Shown piece after piece: positions 46,616-50,705 of a stretch of 50,705 nucleotides of DNA. The position numbers and the translations under genes are program-made. Each line of letters begins with the position of its first letter. Within the stretch, counting starts at the first letter, position 1. The stretch comes from Bacteroidales bacterium (lineage in GTDB: Bacteria > Bacteroidota > Bacteroidia > Bacteroidales > UBA4181), in contig JAVBPN010000223.1 of NCBI GenBank assembly GCA_031549585.1, forward strand, positions 1-50,705, read 5' to 3'. The notes under the pieces are model-generated. The model saw only the letters and a program-made list of their open reading frames with translations, searched no databases and was not told the origin of the DNA.

Positions 46616-48970
46616 TTATTCTGTTTTTAACGATTTCACCGGATTAGACGTCGCTGCTTTTATCGCTTGCCAGCCAATCGTAATCAAAGTCAACGCCAAC
46701 GTGATCACTGCTGCAATAACAAATACCGTCCAGGTAATGCTGATACGATAGGCAAAGTCCTGCAACATCTGATTTAACCAATAATACGCCAATGGGAAAG
46801 CAATCAGCCCGGCAATAACCACCAATATGAAAAATTCTTTTGAAAGCAAGATCACGATATTTGGCACACTGGCGCCAAGCACCTTACGAATGCCAATCTC
46901 TTTCGTCTTCGTTTCGGCAGTATAAGTCACCAAACCAAAAAGCCCAAGGCAAGAAATAAAGATGGCAATAACGGCAAAGATGGTGAACAGCTTTCCGGTA
47001 CGGATATCTGCCTTATATACCTGATCAAAATGATCATCCAAAAAATTGTATTTGAATTCGTAGTCGGCATTATATTCCTTCCACACTTTTTCGACAGCAG
47101 CAATGGCTTGCTTCGCTTGCCCGGGAGCCGTTTTGACATATAAGGATGATTCCCATTCCAAGCCACAGTTGATCACCAGAGGTTTAATCTCCGAATGCAA
47201 ATTTTGAAAATTAAAGTCTTTGATCACACCTACGATTTCGGTATCGCCACCATTGAAAGACAACGGCATCCCAATCACAGAAGCCCCTTCACCCATCAAC
47301 TTTGCTGCCGTTTCATTTACAATAGTTCCTCTTTGCATCATTTCTCCGGATGATCGAAAATATGTTCCTTCTACAAGGGGAATATCCATGAATGAAAGAA
47401 AGCTGGAATCAACCATAGCCCAAGCAAAAGAAGGCGATTGATCGTTTTTATCGCGCCAGACGTCTGCCCTGCTCGACTCACAGATCATTTTATTGAACAT
47501 CGATGCCGATGTGGCAATAATAGCCGGTTCGGAAGATAATCGTTCCATCATCACCCGGAAATGTGAACCCGATGAACCCGGCAAGTTAACTGTCAGTATA
47601 TTTTCCTTCTCATATCCCGGATTCATGTGCTGCATGTATTTTAGTTGTGATGCAATCACAATGGTAGCAACAATCAACGCTGCGGAAAAAGAAAACTGGC
47701 ATATAACCAAAGCTTTCCGGAACAATGCTTTGCTTTTTCCCTGTGCCCCTATTCCAAAAGCGTCGACCGGACGAAACGAAGCCAACGTAAATGCCGGGTA
47801 TAATCCGGCCAACAATAAAGTAACCGCTCCGACAGACAAATATATGAGTGCTGTTGATCGTTCAAATAAGGTGAAATGCATGTTTTTCCCTGCAAGGTCA
47901 TTGTAGAATGGAAGCAATACATAAATAAGCGCTGTAGCCAATATAACCGCCACAACCAACATGACTGCCGTTTCTCCCATCAGTTGCCCGAATAACCTTT
48001 TTTTACCTGCCCCTACAATTTTACGGACGCCAATTTCACGGCTGCGTTTGCTCGCCCGGGCAGTCACCAGATTGACATGATTGATGCAGGCAATGATTAA
48101 AATCAAAACCGCTATGACAGAAAATATATAAATGTTTTTGAGGCCTGCCGGTTGTCCGGACAAATTATACAAATGCATTTCATACAAAGGTTGTAGCCTG
48201 TATCCAAGGTCGACCGTATTTATTTTTTTCTCAGCCATCATCCCTGCAATTGTTTCCGGATTACTGCCAATAGCCAATTTAAAATAGGTTTGAAAACTAA
48301 AATTCCCCCAATCCTCTTCAATCAATTTCCATGGTCCATTTCCTCCGAATGTCCGTTGTTGCACATCAAACCGCACAAGCACATCCGGCCGGATGGAAGA
48401 ATTTTCAGGAATATCCTTTATCACCCCGGTTACCTGTAAAGAAAAATCATGAGGTGTCTTCAGCATTTTTCCAATGGGATCTTCATTTCCGAAAAACGCT
48501 TTTGCCTTAGACTCAGAAATGATAGCAGATAAATCGTCCGGGAAAGGCTCGCGCAAGTCACCCCTAAGCAAAGTAAAATCAAACATACGAAAGAACGAAG
48601 TATCTACAGCCAATATGGAAAGATCACGGAATTTGGTATTCTCGTAGTCCAGATAACTACACTGATAGTTGTAGGTCCCAATCCGGCAATATTCTTCGAT
48701 TTGAGCGATATCATTCTGCAAAAATGAAGCCATGGGAGCCGATGATGTGGGCCAATAACCGTCATTCCCTTTTATCGAAGTTAAAACCTTATATATACGG
48801 TCTCCATCTTTGTGAAGCCGGTCATAACTCAATTCATCCTTTACCCAAAGCGAGATCAGGATACAAACAGTCAAACTTACAGCCAAGCCGCCAATATTAA
48901 TGACCGAATACAAGCCATTGCGGCGAAGGTTGCGCAAGGCGATTTTCATGTAATACAAAAAATTATTCAT
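46616..48970 (-). CDS. ABC-transporter permease, double FtsX / MacB-like (subfamily II)
   Basis: 784 aa with an ATG start (MNNFLYYMKIALRNLRRNGLYSVINIGGLAVSL). FtsX loops: KRSREIGVRKIVGAGK and ETKTKEIGIRKVLGAS. Confidence 0.9.
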   Translation of the reverse strand: MNNFLYYMKIALRNLRRNGLYSVINIGGLAVSLTVCILISLWVKDELSYDRLHKDGDRIYKVLTSIKGNDGYWPTSSAPMASFLQNDIAQIEEYCRIGTYNYQCSYLDYENTKFRDLSILAVDTSFFRMFDFTLLRGDLREPFPDDLSAIISESKAKAFFGNEDPIGKMLKTPHDFSLQVTGVIKDIPENSSIRPDVLVRFDVQQRTFGGNGPWKLIEEDWGNFSFQTYFKLAIGSNPETIAGMMAEKKINTVDLGYRLQPLYEMHLYNLSGQPAGLKNIYIFSVIAVLILIIACINHVNLVTARASKRSREIGVRKIVGAGKKRLFGQLMGETAVMLVVAVILATALIYVLLPFYNDLAGKNMHFTLFERSTALIYLSVGAVTLLLAGLYPAFTLASFRPVDAFGIGAQGKSKALFRKALVICQFSFSAALIVATIVIASQLKYMQHMNPGYEKENILTVNLPGSSGSHFRVMMERLSSEPAIIATSASMFNKMICESSRADVWRDKNDQSPSFAWAMVDSSFLSFMDIPLVEGTYFRSSGEMMQRGTIVNETAAKLMGEGASVIGMPLSFNGGDTEIVGVIKDFNFQNLHSEIKPLVINCGLEWESSLYVKTAPGQAKQAIAAVEKVWKEYNADYEFKYNFLDDHFDQVYKADIRTGKLFTIFAVIAIFISCLGLFGLVTYTAETKTKEIGIRKVLGASVPNIVILLSKEFFILVVIAGLIAFPLAYYWLNQMLQDFAYRISITWTVFVIAAVITLALTLITIGWQAIKAATSNPVKSLKTE

Positions 48971-49043
48971 ATAGTTTCGGTTTTTAGGTTATCATTTATT
49001 TTATATAGTTATCGGTTTTGATGCCTAATCGCAGTTTTTGGCT

Positions 49044-49119
49044 CGTCATTGCGAACCTGAAAGGTGAAGCAATCTTTTGATAAGAAAATTAGATTGCTTC
49101 GCTCACGCTCGCAATGACG
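49044..49119. repeat. Two-part imperfect palindrome (REP-like hairpin)
   Basis: CGTCATTGCGA…GAAGCAATCT / loop / AGATTGCTTC…TCGCAATGACG. The outer 11 bp and inner 10 bp are complementary. The motif resembles small palindromic repeats seen in Bacteroidota intergenic DNA (from memory, not verified). Confidence 0.6.
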
Positions 49120-49299
49120 TTCATCTTTAACTTTTGAATTTCTTTAGGCATACTTTCCGACAATCATTTAATTTTATCTCTGTCAAAGAGCACAACCACA
49201 GACAAAAAATTCCTCTCCGACAGTAATCGATGGATCCTGTCAGCGGAGGAATGCTTCATATTTCGGTTGATCACTTTGATCATAGGCTATTTATCTCTT

Positions 49300-49335
49300 C
49301 TTACGGTCTTACATGTCTTGCGATCTTACGGTCTT
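49300..49335. repeat. Solo R arm of the cassette (no partner L arm)
   Basis: CTTACGGTCTTACATGTCTTGCGATCTTACGGTCTT lies 2 nt from the stop of 49338..50705. The 48971-49299 interval contains no L arm or cassette core. Confidence 0.85.
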
Positions 49336-49337
49336 TT

Positions 49338-50705
49338 TTATTCTGCTTTGATTGAGTTCACCGGATTAGCCCGTGCCGCCTTAATAGACTGCCAACCCAC
49401 TGTAAACAATGTTAACACAACTATTACCAATGCTGCTATCGCAAATATTACCCATGTAATATGAATACGGTAAGCATAGTCCTGCAACATCTTATCCGAC
49501 CAGTAATATGCTAATGGGAAAGCAATTAACATGGCGATTGTAACCAAAATAAGAAATTCTTTGGAAAGCATTTCCACAATGTTTGTTACGCTTGCCCCAA
49601 GCACTTTTCGAATGCCTATTTCTTTGGTTTTCATTTCGGCGGTATAAGTAACCAAGCCAAACAACCCAAAGCAGGAAATAAGGATAGCAATGATGGCAAA
49701 TGCATTGAATAATTTCCCGGTGCGAATATCCGATTTGTACATTTTGTCAAATTCCTCATCGAGAAAACTATATTCAAACGGATAAGCTTCATTGTAACGC
49801 TTCCATATTTTTTCCACTTCAGCAACCGCTTGAGCGGTATGGCCGGGAGCTGATTTTATATAAAAATAATCGACATCTTCCAATAAGTAGAAAACAGCCG
49901 TCGGTCCAATTTCTTGATGAAAGCTTTGGAAATTAAAATCTTCTACTTCTCCTATAATCTTTTTTTCAGACGAGAATAATGGGATAGACCTACCAAGCAA
50001 ATCATCCCAGCCCAACATCTCTGCCAGTTTACGATTGACAATAATGCCATTGAACTGATTGTCCTCTATAGTGAATTTAGTCCCTCCGACAGAAGAGATA
50101 TTAAAAAAATCCAATATATTGTAATCACCCCAGAAGGCATATATCGTAAAGTTTTTTGTACCGTCCTTGCATTGGAAATTGTTGCTTAAACCCCAACCAG
50201 CATTATTGATTGGTAATCTGGTAGCAGTTATTTCAGAAATAGCGCTTTGTTGCAACAATTCGTTCTTAACGGTAGCATAATGGTCCTTTATCTCATGCAT
50301 ACGGATGGAAAAAATATTTTCCCGCTCATATCCCGGATTTTTTTCTCGCATAAAATTCAATTGAGAACCAAGCACGATGGTAATGACAATTAGTATAACA
50401 GAAAAAGAAAATTGCATTACTACCAGTACCTTTCGGAGAAATGACTTTTTTAATACCGGCGAATAGGCTGCAGTCAATCCTATTGGTTTGGATGATGATA
50501 AAATAATGGACGGATAAATACCGGCAAGCATGATCACTGCAACGGACAATACCAAATAAAACAACCATATCCCGGATGAAAACAAGTCAAAGTAAAGTTG
50601 TTTTCCTGTCAGTTCATTTAAGAAAGGCAATAGCAAAAAGACCAAAACCGTTGCTATGAACATGGCTAATACCAACAACAACCCCGACACATGCAGCATC
50701 TGCTG
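49338..50705 (-). CDS. ABC-transporter permease, double FtsX / MacB-like (subfamily II), 5' end outside the window
   Basis: The frame stays open to the window edge (…QQ before the listed MLHVSG). The part present corresponds to TM2-4, the second extracytoplasmic domain and the second FtsX domain (EMKTKEIGIRKVLGAS; C-terminus NPVNSIKAE). Confidence 0.88.
   Translation of the reverse strand, partial: QQMLHVSGLLLVLAMFIATVLVFLLLPFLNELTGKQLYFDLFSSGIWLFYLVLSVAVIMLAGIYPSIILSSSKPIGLTAAYSPVLKKSFLRKVLVVMQFSFSVILIVITIVLGSQLNFMREKNPGYERENIFSIRMHEIKDHYATVKNELLQQSAISEITATRLPINNAGWGLSNNFQCKDGTKNFTIYAFWGDYNILDFFNISSVGGTKFTIEDNQFNGIIVNRKLAEMLGWDDLLGRSIPLFSSEKKIIGEVEDFNFQSFHQEIGPTAVFYLLEDVDYFYIKSAPGHTAQAVAEVEKIWKRYNEAYPFEYSFLDEEFDKMYKSDIRTGKLFNAFAIIAILISCFGLFGLVTYTAEMKTKEIGIRKVLGASVTNIVEMLSKEFLILVTIAMLIAFPLAYYWSDKMLQDYAYRIHITWVIFAIAALVIVVLTLFTVGWQSIKAARANPVNSIKAE

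Noticed and set aside
23886-49335. Whether the regularly recurring 36-nt repeats could be a CRISPR array.
   Set aside because: The repeats occur as inverted pairs, about 2.5 kb apart, separated by full-length genes. There are no short unique spacers and no cas genes.

Overview
The window looks like a low-GC Bacteroidota chromosome segment. Supporting signs are a T9SS C-terminal sorting domain, a BspA-type LRR protein and Bacteroidetes-style gene families. No rRNA, tRNA, CRISPR array, transposase or integrase was recognised.

The left ~16 kb holds ordinary accessory genes:
- a GT4 glycosyltransferase
- a secreted TPR protein
- two CDGSH iron-sulfur proteins
- an LRR/T9SS surface protein
- an operon with one RND adaptor and two RND pumps
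- an orphan cheD-like gene
- a serine hydrolase

The right ~34 kb (16.5-50.7 kb) is an array of 13 co-oriented minus-strand paralogous double-FtsX (MacB-like) permease genes of about 790 aa. They fall into at least 4 subfamilies, and no ATPase partner is visible.

The most unusual signal is non-coding.
- **Inverted-repeat cassettes.** Most junctions of the array carry a conserved ~167-bp cassette. It has two almost invariant 36-37-nt inverted-repeat arms, each built from four phased GTAAGA/TCTTAC hexamers. The arms flank a conserved core whose Bacteroidetes-type promoter-like motif points away from the downstream gene. Variants are present: two core-less hairpins (one with swapped arm centres), copies with duplicated arms, and one solo arm. 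I rank this as a candidate inverton, recombination or RNA-structure system, unproven from sequence alone.
- **Phased repeat array.** A ~1.5-kb island interrupts the permease array. It carries the only plus-strand gene of that region and 12 phased YGACAT-core repeats at a 21-bp period.

Several start codons in the ORF track were revised. The extensions came from alternative start codons or from repeat-derived ATGs.
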